From: an uncultured Acidobacteriota bacterium
Lineage (GTDB): Bacteria > Acidobacteriota > Terriglobia > Acidiferrales > UBA7541
DNA length: 64,000 nt
Reading direction: 5' to 3'
Assembly (NCBI GenBank): GCA_963705855.1
Contig: CAVPLA010000011.1
Coordinates: forward strand, 18,247 to 82,246
Shown here one piece after another: positions 40,347-49,800 of this stretch. The translations under genes were made by a program, and so were the position numbers. Numbering within the stretch: position 1 is the first letter of the stretch; the number at the start of each line of letters is the position of its first letter. The notes under the pieces were generated by a model, which was given only the letters and a program-made list of their open reading frames with translations, did no database searches and was not told where the DNA came from.

Positions 40347-40368
40347 CCAGTCGCGAGTCACCAATCAC
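40347..40368 (+). repeat. left copy of the 22-bp inverted repeat bracketing dnaE2
   Basis: CCAGTCGCGAGTCACCAATCAC ends on the base before the proposed GTG start at 40369. Confidence 0.8.
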
Positions 40369-43300
40369 GTGTTCGTTCATTTGCATTGTCACAGCCACTA
40401 TTCGTTTTTGCGGGGCGTGGCGCCGCCGGAAGAGATGATTGCGGTGGCGGTCGAGCAGAAGATGCCCGCCGTGGCGCTGACGGATACGAATGGGTTGTAT
40501 GCGGCGGTTCCGTTTTATCAGGCGGCGGTCGCAGCAAAAATCAAGCCGATTGTCGGAGTGGCGCTAGATGTGCAGTGGCCGCAAAACCAAAGAGAAATTC
40601 CTCGTTCCGCTGCGAATAACGAAAGCGAAAACTCGGTTGCGATGGTGCTGCTGGCGGCGGACATGGAGGGCTATAGCAACTTGTGCCAGCTGGTCACGCT
40701 GCAACATTTGGGAACGACGGAACTGGCGAAGAGAAAAACTCCCGGTGAGAACGATGGTCGGCCCATGGAGGACGAAGACCGTCCAGTAACGCTCGAGGAA
40801 CTGGCGAAGCATTCCAAAGGAGTGATCGTTCTCTGTCCCTTGCCAACGCACGCTGTAAACACTCGTAGGGACACGGGACGCCGTGCCCGTTCTTCATGCA
40901 TTATGAATGAGCAGCGCCACACATTTTCCGGCGCAAGTCACCAGCTGCCAATTACGAGTCACCAATCACTAGCCATCAGCCATTTCTCGCAGCTGAAAGA
41001 CATTTTCGACGATCGCCTGTGTATCGAAGTACAGCACTTATCTCCAGGAGACGGTCGAACACTTCGGGAAGCAGAACGCATTGGGCGCGAATTGAATGTG
41101 CCTCTCGTCGCGACAAACAACGTGCATTTTCTGCGGCCCGAGGAATATCTGCATCATCGCGCTGTAAACGCCATTCGCACCGGTCAATTGCTGACGACCG
41201 TGGCCCCTCCGGAAATCACCACCGCCGAGGCCTGGTTCAAACCTGCGGACACAATGCAGCGTTTATTCCCCGATCATCCGGAGCTGCTGCAAGCAACGCT
41301 GCAAATTGCTGAGCGTTGCGATCTGAAATTACAATTGGGAAAGCCCATCCTGCCGGAATTTGCGGTCCCGAAAAACAATACTCCCGGCTCTTACTTAGCA
41401 AAACTCAGCCTGCAAGGATTGGCCAAGCGTTATGGCTGGCTGAAACCGGAAGCGAAATCACGATTAGCTCATGAACTGCGAGTTATCAGTCAATGGAAGC
41501 TCGCGCCGTATTTTTTGCTCGTGCGCGACATCGTGAAAGAGGCCAAGCGGCGCGGGATTCCGGCGGTGGCGCGGGGCTCGGCGGCGAGCTCGATGGTGAC
41601 GTATTGCCTGGGAATTTCCTGTGTGTGCCCGCTGCGCTGGGGATTGTACTTTGAAAGGTTTTTGAACGCGCAGCGCGGCGATTGTCCGGATATCGACATC
41701 GATATTTGCGGCGCGCGGCGCGATGAACTGCTCAGCTACGTGTACGAACGCTGGGGCGAAGAGCACGTGGCAATGATCGGAAGTTTTGTGACCATGCACG
41801 CGCGGCTGGCCATCCGTGAAATCGCAAAGGTGTTTGGCGTGCCGCCGGGCGAAGTGAATCATTTTACGAAGCGGCTGCCGCACCGGCCGGTGCGCGAGAT
41901 TTTGCAGGCAATTCGCGATTTGCCGGAATGCCGCAACCTTCCTGTCGACGAAGAACCCTGGAAAACAATTCTGCAGGTGGCCTTGCGTCTCGACGACGCG
42001 CCGCGGCATATGGGGATTCATCCTTGTGGAACCGTGATTTCCGCGCGGCCGCTGACCTGGCTGACGGCTCTGGAGCGCGCTACGAAAGGAATTGTAGTAA
42101 CGCAGTACGACATGAACGCCATCGAAGCGCTCGGGTTGATCAAGATGGATTTACTGGGGCAGCGCGGGTTCACGACGATGTCGCTGGCATTTGACAACAT
42201 TGACAAAAGCAAGGATGCAACGAATGCGGGAGAAAAGTGGTGCGTTGCACCAGACGGAGTAACCCCAAGGCCGAAAGCGCGCAAAATTGATTTTGACGCG
42301 ATACCGGAAAACGATCCGGCGACGTGCGACGTGATTGCCGCAGGAAGAACGATGGGTGTGTTTCAGATCGAGTCGCCGGCGATGCGTGGGCTGCTGCGAA
42401 TGATGAAAGCGCGGACATTGGAGGAAGTGGCGCAAGCTTTGGCGCTGATCCGGCCGGGAGCGGCGGAGTACGGCTCGAAAGAGCTGTTCATAAAACGGTT
42501 GCGCGGCGAGGAAACAATCGAATACCCACATCCAGCGCTCGAGGGCATTCTTGGCGATACGCGAGGCGTATGCATTTTTCAGGAGCAGGTGATGCAGATC
42601 GCGCAGATGGCAGGTGAGATGTCGCTGGCCGAAGCTGACATCATGCGGCGATCGTCCGCGAAATTCTCCGGTCGGCGTGACCTCGAACGACTACGCGCAA
42701 AGTTCGAGTTGGCCTCGGGGATGGTGGGACTGACCGCGCAAAAACGCGAAGAGACTTGGATGATGGTGGAGAAATTCGCGGGATTCGGTTTCTGCAAGGC
42801 GCACGCGGCGACGTACGCGGATATTTCGTACCGCATGGCGTATTTGAAGACGCATCATCCGGCGGAATTTCTGGCGGCGATGTGCAGTGCTGGGGCGGGG
42901 TTTTATCACGTGTCGGGGTATGTGGAAGAAGCGAAGCGTTGGGGGATTGAAGTGCGGCTGCCGTCGGTGAATCATTCGCGCATGGAGTACACGGCGGAGG
43001 CGCTTACAGATGGGAAGCGCGCGCTGCGCGTCGGGTTGATGCAGGTGAAGGGTTTGCGCGTGGAGACAATTACGGCGATAGTGCGGGCGCGGGAAGAGGG
43101 CGGGGCATTTTATTCGCTCAAAAATTTTCTGCAGCGCGTACCTGTGGAGAAGGATGAGATCGAGGCACTGATCAAGTGTGGGGCATTTGATGAAGTGTGT
43201 CATGAGGTGGGGGATCAAATGAATGGTGAAGCGCTCGGAATTTCGCGGCCGGACATGCTGTGGCGATGGAATTTGCTTCAGACAAAAGCAGAAAGAGCAC

Positions 43301-43791
43301 AGCCCCTTCGAGGCTCTGGAAAAGCAAGAATAGCTGTGCCACTCGGAGGGCCGGAAACATTATTTGCTGATGCAGGCGGCGATGACGCGATCGGAGCGGC
43401 GCTGGCTGGGATGCCGGCGGCGGAGTACACGCAGGAGCAGAGGCTGCGATACGAGCGAGAGATTCTCGAGGTGTGCGTTAGCGGGCATCCCTTGGATTTT
43501 CTGCCGCGGAATGGCGAGGCGTGGAGCGACGAGTTGGATGGATTGCGCGGGAAGCGGGTGACGTTGTGCGGGTGGGTGGTGACTTACCGGCATGTGGGGA
43601 CGAAGAATTACCGGAATATGATGTTCGTGACATTGGAAGATCAGCGCGGATTGTATGAGGTGGTGCTTTTTCCGGATGCTTATGACCGTTATGGTGGGTT
43701 AGTGTTTGAAACGAGGGCGATGCGTGTGACGGGGCGCGTGGAAGTGGGCGGGCAGATCCATGGGGAAAAGATGGAGGCGTTGAGAAAGTGA
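40369..43791 (+). CDS. dnaE2: error-prone DNA polymerase III alpha subunit DnaE2
   Basis: Starting at GTG 40369 gives M-FVHLHCHSHYSFLRG, the canonical PHP-domain start. Other features are NVHFL, the palm/fingers region and a C-terminal OB fold (VTLCGWVV...FVTLEDQRGLYEVVLF). It lies directly downstream of a Y-family polymerase. The 70 codons upstream in the tracked ORF are translated repeat DNA. Confidence 0.88.
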   Translation: MFVHLHCHSHYSFLRGVAPPEEMIAVAVEQKMPAVALTDTNGLYAAVPFYQAAVAAKIKPIVGVALDVQWPQNQREIPRSAANNESENSVAMVLLAADMEGYSNLCQLVTLQHLGTTELAKRKTPGENDGRPMEDEDRPVTLEELAKHSKGVIVLCPLPTHAVNTRRDTGRRARSSCIMNEQRHTFSGASHQLPITSHQSLAISHFSQLKDIFDDRLCIEVQHLSPGDGRTLREAERIGRELNVPLVATNNVHFLRPEEYLHHRAVNAIRTGQLLTTVAPPEITTAEAWFKPADTMQRLFPDHPELLQATLQIAERCDLKLQLGKPILPEFAVPKNNTPGSYLAKLSLQGLAKRYGWLKPEAKSRLAHELRVISQWKLAPYFLLVRDIVKEAKRRGIPAVARGSAASSMVTYCLGISCVCPLRWGLYFERFLNAQRGDCPDIDIDICGARRDELLSYVYERWGEEHVAMIGSFVTMHARLAIREIAKVFGVPPGEVNHFTKRLPHRPVREILQAIRDLPECRNLPVDEEPWKTILQVALRLDDAPRHMGIHPCGTVISARPLTWLTALERATKGIVVTQYDMNAIEALGLIKMDLLGQRGFTTMSLAFDNIDKSKDATNAGEKWCVAPDGVTPRPKARKIDFDAIPENDPATCDVIAAGRTMGVFQIESPAMRGLLRMMKARTLEEVAQALALIRPGAAEYGSKELFIKRLRGEETIEYPHPALEGILGDTRGVCIFQEQVMQIAQMAGEMSLAEADIMRRSSAKFSGRRDLERLRAKFELASGMVGLTAQKREETWMMVEKFAGFGFCKAHAATYADISYRMAYLKTHHPAEFLAAMCSAGAGFYHVSGYVEEAKRWGIEVRLPSVNHSRMEYTAEALTDGKRALRVGLMQVKGLRVETITAIVRAREEGGAFYSLKNFLQRVPVEKDEIEALIKCGAFDEVCHEVGDQMNGEALGISRPDMLWRWNLLQTKAERAQPLRGSGKARIAVPLGGPETLFADAGGDDAIGAALAGMPAAEYTQEQRLRYEREILEVCVSGHPLDFLPRNGEAWSDELDGLRGKRVTLCGWVVTYRHVGTKNYRNMMFVTLEDQRGLYEVVLFPDAYDRYGGLVFETRAMRVTGRVEVGGQIHGEKMEALRK
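40955..40969 (+). repeat. intragenic copy of the dnaE2-flank repeat core
   Basis: CGAGTCACCAATCAC is identical to 40354-40368. It lies inside a low-complexity insert in the dnaE2 ORF. Confidence 0.7.
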
Positions 43792-43809
43792 CTGGTGACT
43801 CGCGACAGG
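43788..43809 (-). repeat. right copy (inverted) of the 22-bp repeat bracketing dnaE2
   Basis: GTGACTGGTGACTCGCGACAGG is the reverse complement of the left copy at 20/22 positions. It overlaps the TGA stop at 43789-43791. Confidence 0.8.
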
Positions 43810-43948
43810 TGACAGGTGGGGGGAAAAGCCGCAGGGCTGCGCCCTGCGCTACATTTCTCAAAGAACCGGCATGCGGCGGATTGCGAAACATTTGGCGATC
43901 CATGATTGTGGCGAGAATTTCAAATGCGACGGCGCGGAGCTGTAGAGA

Positions 43949-44269
43949 ATGCTATTTCGGATAAGAAAACCGAATACGACGGCGACCACCTCCGCGGAGC
44001 CGGAGGCGGGGCGGCCGGCGGGGACGGGTGAGGAATGGCTAGGCCGAAACAGGAGCACGAAGCAGCGGCTTTGGGAACGGCTGAATCCGCGGCATCGGAA
44101 AGAGCTACGCGTGATCGCGGAGGCTTTGGCGATGCAGCAGACGCATGCGAACTTGCCGGAGCCGCTGCGGGCGCGGTTGAGCCAGTCCATTGAGGAAGTG
44201 GAGCGCTTGGCACGGCGGATCGGGGCGCTGCTGGCAGAGGTAACACGGCGGACACCACCGCGCTCGTGA
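43949..44269 (+). CDS. hypothetical protein (106 aa)
   Basis: ORF with a helical C-terminal half (LRVIAEALAMQQTHANLPEPLRARLSQSIEEVERLARRIGALLAEV). No motif recognised. Confidence 0.4.
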   Translation: MLFRIRKPNTTATTSAEPEAGRPAGTGEEWLGRNRSTKQRLWERLNPRHRKELRVIAEALAMQQTHANLPEPLRARLSQSIEEVERLARRIGALLAEVTRRTPPRS

Positions 44270-44308
44270 AGGTTGCGAGGCCGAGGCGGGCGACCCCATA
44301 CTGAAAAT

Positions 44309-45358
44309 ATGGCTGTCCCCAAAATGCGCGGCTCCCTCTCCACAATGGCATCGGCTGCGGCGTTGCCGGTGGCTTTGGTTATGGTCCTGTGCGGCGTAGC
44401 GAGTTCCGCGCGGGCAGATGAAATTCGGTTGAAAGACGGCAAGAAGCTTTACGGCGTGATCGTGTCGTACGAAGACAACATGTTCAAAGTCAAAACGGAC
44501 TTTGGGTATGTGCTGGTAGAGAAGGACAAGATCGCATCGATTGTTCCGTCCACGCCGGCCGGCGAGACGCCGAAAAACGACAAAACGCCTGCGGCGAAGA
44601 AAGATCCTGCCACGGATGCGGCGCCGAAGACAGAACCGGCCGTGGCGTCGTCAGCAGACGGAACAACAGCGGCAACAAATGCGAGCGTCAAATCCGCGGA
44701 CCCGGCAACGGGAAAGCGCGAGAAGACAGCTCCAAAAATTACGAATGCAGCAGTGAAACCGGAAGTTCCGACGAGTACGAAGACAAATGCGGTGGCACCG
44801 GCAATCGGAGCGCCCACGGCAGCGCCGGCTCCGTCGCTGGCGGCGTCCGCAGCGCAGCCCGCGGCACCAAAAGAACCGGAACCTCCGGCGATTCGCGAAG
44901 ACATTCAGGGCAATCTTTATACGAACTACACGCACGGCTTCAAAATGTATAAAGCGCCGAGCTGGGCGTTGATGGAAGATGCGCGGAAGGCGCTGCCGAA
45001 TGCGGTCGTCGCATTGGGTACGCTCAACCAATCGACTCTTCTAGTGATCGGGGACGAAGAAAGCAAGGCTGCGTTGGATCCGGCAGCGGCTACCGTCGAA
45101 AAACGGCTAAGCGAAATTTACGAAAACTACAAAAGAATTTCACAGCGGAAAACGGTGGTGGGCGGGTTGCCAGCCATCGAATATCACTACCGCGGCATGG
45201 CGGACGGGCATGATTGGTCCGGAACGCTGGTGGTGATTTCTCGAGGGACCGATGTGTTCACGGTGCTCGGGATGACTTACGCCGACAACGACCTCATTCA
45301 GATACAGGAAAATGTGATTTCGAGATCGATTGCGAGTTTGGACTTCAACGTACACTGA
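44309..45358 (+). CDS. hypothetical exported protein with A/P/T-rich linker
   Basis: Signal-like segment MASAAALPVALVMVLCGVASSARA, then a small N-terminal domain, a ~140-aa low-complexity linker and a globular C-terminal domain. The start could be 44309 or 44324. Confidence 0.7.
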   Translation: MAVPKMRGSLSTMASAAALPVALVMVLCGVASSARADEIRLKDGKKLYGVIVSYEDNMFKVKTDFGYVLVEKDKIASIVPSTPAGETPKNDKTPAAKKDPATDAAPKTEPAVASSADGTTAATNASVKSADPATGKREKTAPKITNAAVKPEVPTSTKTNAVAPAIGAPTAAPAPSLAASAAQPAAPKEPEPPAIREDIQGNLYTNYTHGFKMYKAPSWALMEDARKALPNAVVALGTLNQSTLLVIGDEESKAALDPAAATVEKRLSEIYENYKRISQRKTVVGGLPAIEYHYRGMADGHDWSGTLVVISRGTDVFTVLGMTYADNDLIQIQENVISRSIASLDFNVH

Positions 45359-45645
45359 GAAAAGTGAGTAGTGGGTAGTGAGTAGTAAATAGCAAGTAGT
45401 GCGAGCCCGTTGACGCGGGCTTACGGCGGTATATCGCCGGCCCTCGAGTCTGGTTAAAAATAATACCCCCCTCCCCCTGGTTTTTCATAGGTGTTCATTC
45501 TAAAGAAAGTTAAAGTCGTTTGTTTTGACACACTTTTGTAAGTGTTGATTCTAAATAGCTTGCAATGCACCGGAGTTTTGCCTGATTTCGCGGTTGATAC
45601 CCTTCTTAGCCGAACGGAATTCACTTTTGAGGGCTCAGGCACTCC

Positions 45646-45677
45646 ACAAAAAAGAAAAGCGGCAGATGGTCTGCCGC
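45646..45677 (-). terminator. intrinsic terminator (minus strand) ~190 nt downstream of the LysR gene
   Basis: On the minus strand, GCGGCAGA-cca-TCTGCCGC is followed by TTTTCTTTTTTGT. Confidence 0.75.
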
Positions 45678-45868
45678 TGAGTGGGATTTCCCTATCCGGA
45701 ATGTTGGTCCTGGAAGAGAGTCTGTTCAAGAGACAAATTGCCCGGAAAGATTAAAGACAGGAAGGGGCTGAGTACGAGACGGAGAAGATGGCAATTTGAA
45801 TTGGGCGGTCGGACGAGAGCGGGCACCACCCATCGAGCTCAGCGTGAACGCGCCGTGTCCCTACGAAT

Positions 45869-46798
45869 TTAGTCGGAAGCGGCGGCTGCGGTGTCTGGAA
45901 ATTTTTTGTGTTCGCGGATTACGGCGATCAGGGCTTGGGCAGCGCGCGGGAGGCTGCGATCACGACGGTACACCAAACCGAGTTCGCGCCAGAGATCGAC
46001 GCCCTCAACATTCAGGAGCTTTACTTCGCCGGCTTTCACCTGGTCGCGCGCAAAACTTTCACTGATGAAGGAGACGCCAGCGTCGGCGGCAACGAAACGC
46101 TTGATCATGCCGATGCTGGGGAGCTCCATCGCAACGCGGAGGCGGGCGCGGTAGGGGCGGAAGAGCTTGTCCAGGACCTGGCGGGTGAAACCGGTGCGCG
46201 GGAAAATCAGGGGTTGCGCGGCCACTTCTTCGAGCGTGATCTTGGAACGATGCGCCAGCGGGTTGCGCGTGCTGACCATGAAACGCAAGCGGTCGCGGGA
46301 AATGTGGTGAACTTTTAGCGTGGGCGATTTTATGGGCAGCGTAACGATTCCGACGTCGACGGAGCCGTCTTCCACGCGCTGCAAAATCTTGTGGCTGAAA
46401 TTGCGGTAGATGCTGATGTGGACTTGCGGGTAGCGGCGCTGAAAATCGGCGAACATGTCGGGAAGCAGATAGAGACAGGTAGCTTCGTTGGCGCCGAAAA
46501 CGAGCGGGCCTTGCACAACGTCTCCGCGATCAGCCACGACTTGGATGGATTCATCGCGGAGGCGGAGAAGTCGCTCGGCGTATTCGAAAAGGACCTCGCC
46601 GGCAGGAGTCAGCTCGACGGATTTAGCGGAACGGTCCAGGAGACGGGCGCGATAGGCTTGTTCGAGTTGGCGAATCTGGGCGCTGACGGCGGATTGCGAA
46701 CGAAAAACCTTTTGTCCTGCGCGCGAGAAGCTCTTTAGTTTGGCTACGTAGACGAAAGTGGCAAGTTGGTCAAAGTCCATAGGCAAGAGGCTCGGCAA
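45869..46798 (-). CDS. LysR family transcriptional regulator
   Basis: N-terminal HTH FDQLATFVYVAKLKSFSRAGQKVFRSQSAVSAQIRQLE plus a LysR substrate-binding domain. Confidence 0.92.
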   Translation of the reverse strand: MPSLLPMDFDQLATFVYVAKLKSFSRAGQKVFRSQSAVSAQIRQLEQAYRARLLDRSAKSVELTPAGEVLFEYAERLLRLRDESIQVVADRGDVVQGPLVFGANEATCLYLLPDMFADFQRRYPQVHISIYRNFSHKILQRVEDGSVDVGIVTLPIKSPTLKVHHISRDRLRFMVSTRNPLAHRSKITLEEVAAQPLIFPRTGFTRQVLDKLFRPYRARLRVAMELPSIGMIKRFVAADAGVSFISESFARDQVKAGEVKLLNVEGVDLWRELGLVYRRDRSLPRAAQALIAVIREHKKFPDTAAAASD

Positions 46799-46847
46799 TA
46801 ATTATAGCGGAAAGTCTCCGCCAAGTAACCGTAGAAACTCGCTCCTT

Positions 46848-49800
46848 TCAAGCTGGCAGAGGAGCTCGCGTAAACGCGACGCTGTGCGGCGGACTAAAAA
46901 TCACTTCCCGAGGCTTCAATCGTGCGAGCAACGGCTCCCAAGTGGCTTCAAGAGTGCCTTGGAAATGAATGGGCTGTACCCGCAGGAACGGAAGGACGCC
47001 GCGGCGCGAAAGCAAACGCGAGGCTCGCGGGCTGGCGGTGAAACGCATGTGCTCTTCAAGCACGCTGCGCAGCCAGGCTTCTTCCTGGGCATCGATTTCC
47101 GAGAGCGCGACGAAATCGCGGTGTATCACTTCGTCGGCTTCGCCGCGGAGAACGTAGGAAAGCCCTCCGGTCATGCCGGAGCCGAAATTGAGGCCGAGAG
47201 GGCCGAGGACGAGGACGACGCCGCCGGTCATGTATTCGCAGCCGTGCTGGCCGACGCCTTCGACTACCGCGAGGGCGCCGCTATTGCGGACTGCAAAACG
47301 CTCGCCAGCACGACCTGCGACGAAAAGCCGGCCCGAGGTGGCTCCATAAAGAACGGTATTGCCCGCTAGGACGTCCCCGCGGCGAGAAGCAGCGGAGCTG
47401 GCGGAAATCGCGATGGTTCCACCGGAGAGACCTTTGCCGACGTAGTCGTTGGCTTCGCCGGAAAGCGCCAAGCTGATTCCATCGGCGAGAAATGCGCCGA
47501 AGCTTTGGCCTGCCGAACCGTGGAATTCCTTGGTGATTTCTTCGACAAGCGGACGGTGCTGGCTGCCCGGACGACGGCGGCGCATCAGTTCCCCGCTCAT
47601 GCCGGCACCAACGCTGCGGTCGGAATTCTGTATGGGCTGAGATTCCGTCTGAAGCTCGAACGCGGCGCTGAGGTGCAGTGCGTCCTCGCGCGCGGCTGCA
47701 TGCAGGGCGGGGGACTGATGGGGAGCAACGCGGCCCGATTCAGACATAGGAACGATCAACAGTGGATCCATTCCGGAACGGGCGCTGAGCCGGTCGTACC
47801 AGCCAGTGAGATCGCTGAGAGAATGGGCACCGAGTTGGGCGAGGCGGTTGCGCACTTCTTCGGCGAGCGAGCGGAAATACGCTGCAACCATTTCCGGTTT
47901 ACCGTTAAAGCGCGTGCGGAGTTTTTCGTCTTGGGTGGCGATGCCAACGGGGCAGGTGTTGAGATGGCATTGGCGGGCCATCACGCAGCCGATCGCTAGG
48001 AGCGAGGCGGTGCCGAAACCGAACTCGTCGGCGCCAAATAGCGCGGCGACGATGATATCGCGCGAAAACTTCAGGCCGCCGTCGACACGAAGAGAGACGC
48101 GCGAACGGAGACCTGCGCGGACGAGAGTGTCGTGCGTTTCGCGAAGACCGATTTCCCAGGGTAGGCCGGTGTTTTTGATGGAAGTGAGCGGCGATGAGCC
48201 CGTGCCGCCGTTGTGGCCGCTGATAGTGATGACGTCCGCGCCGGCTTTGGCGACGCCTGCCGCGATAATTCCAACACCTGCACCGCTCACCAGCTTGACG
48301 CCGATGCGCGCGCTGGGATTGACGGCGCGGAGGTCGTGGATGAGCTGGGCGAGGTCTTCGATGCTGTAAATATCGTGGTGCGGAGGCGGCGAAATGAGCG
48401 GCGTTCCAGGAGTCGCATGGCGGATGCGCGCGATGTATTCGGTGACTTTGCGCGCGGGGAGCTGGCCGCCTTCGCCAGGCTTGGAGCCTTGCGCCATTTT
48501 GATTTCGAGCTCTTCGGCGTGGACCAGGTAATCCGCGGTGACGCCGAAACGGCCGGAAGCTACTTGCTTGATTTTATTTGCGGCTGCGGGCTCGAAGCGA
48601 TAGGTGTTGGGATCTTCACCGCCTTCACCAGTGTTGCTGCGTCCACCGATCAAATTCATGGCCAGGGCAAGAGTGCGATGGGCTTCCGGGCTTAGCGAGC
48701 CGAGAGACATCGCCTGCGTGCTGAAGCGGCGCAAAATCGTATTTGTGGATTCGACTTCTTCGACGGGCACGGGTGTGCCGGGAACGGTTTCTAGCAAATC
48801 GCGGAGAAAGACGGTGCCCTGATGCTCGGACAGTTCTTCGAAAGCGGCGAATTTGCCAGCTTCGGGTGCGCGGACGTGGGCGTGCATGCGGCGAACGACT
48901 TCGGGCGAAGTGGCGTGAAGTTCGGCGCCTTTGCGGAAGCGGTATAGGCCAGCGTCGGCGAGTTCCGGAGACGCGGGCGAAAAAGCCGTTGTGTGCATGC
49001 GAACGTAATCCGCGAAAAGATCGTCGAGAGTTTTTGAGCCGGGATAATCGGCGGCGTCTTCGAAAAAATCGGCGCAGAGATCTTCAGATAGGCCGACGAT
49101 TTCGAAGAGATGGCTGTTGCGATAGCTCGCAAGAGTAGAAACGCCCATGCGGGCAAGAACTTTTCGGAGACCGGCAGTGATGGCGATGCGCATGCGGTCT
49201 GCGCCGCCGGGCTCGAGCGATTCAGCAAACTCGTCGGCAAGATACGGAACCACGGCGCTGGCGCCAGCAGCGACGAGTAGCGCGACGTGATGCGTGTCGA
49301 AGACTTGCGCGGACTCGACGATCAGCGGTACATCCCACAGACTCTCGCGAACCATCGCTTTCCAGACGGCGGCGGTAGCCAGCAGCGCGGGAAGAGCGGC
49401 GTTCTCCGCGTTGAGGCCGCGATCGGAAAGGAGGAGGAGTCCCGGGCGTCCGCTGCTACTCAGAGGGGTAGAAGATAGCTGAGCAACACTGCAGCGCGCG
49501 CCCGGGACTCCCAGGGCGGAAGAGAAAGTCATGTCCATGCGATGTACGGGGCCGAAAAATTCGGAGAGTTCGTCGAGCTGTCCGGCTTTGAGCAGAGGAC
49601 CTGGCAGCGTGACGCCGTCTTTGAGATGCACGTCGAGAGACATGACGTGAGTTTCGCGTAGCGGATCGATCGGGGGATTCGTGACTTGCGCGAAACGCTG
49701 CTTGCAGTAATCCCAGAGCGTTCGAGGGAGAGTGGAGAGAAAAGCGGGTGGCGCGTCGTCGCCCATGCTCCAGTCGGCTTCTTTGCCGTGGATTAGGGCG

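Noticed and set aside
40159-40368. The 70-codon N-terminal extension of the dnaE2 ORF as given in the ORF track.
   Set aside because: It translates the REP-like hairpin and repeat DNA (MFVEAQHVAPLQ...). The canonical PHP start HLHCHSHYSF follows immediately after GTG 40369.
45454-45729. 91-aa minus-strand ORF in the long intergenic gap.
   Set aside because: It spans the terminator hairpin and AT-rich repeats, has an odd composition (ending GGGGYYF), and has no RBS.
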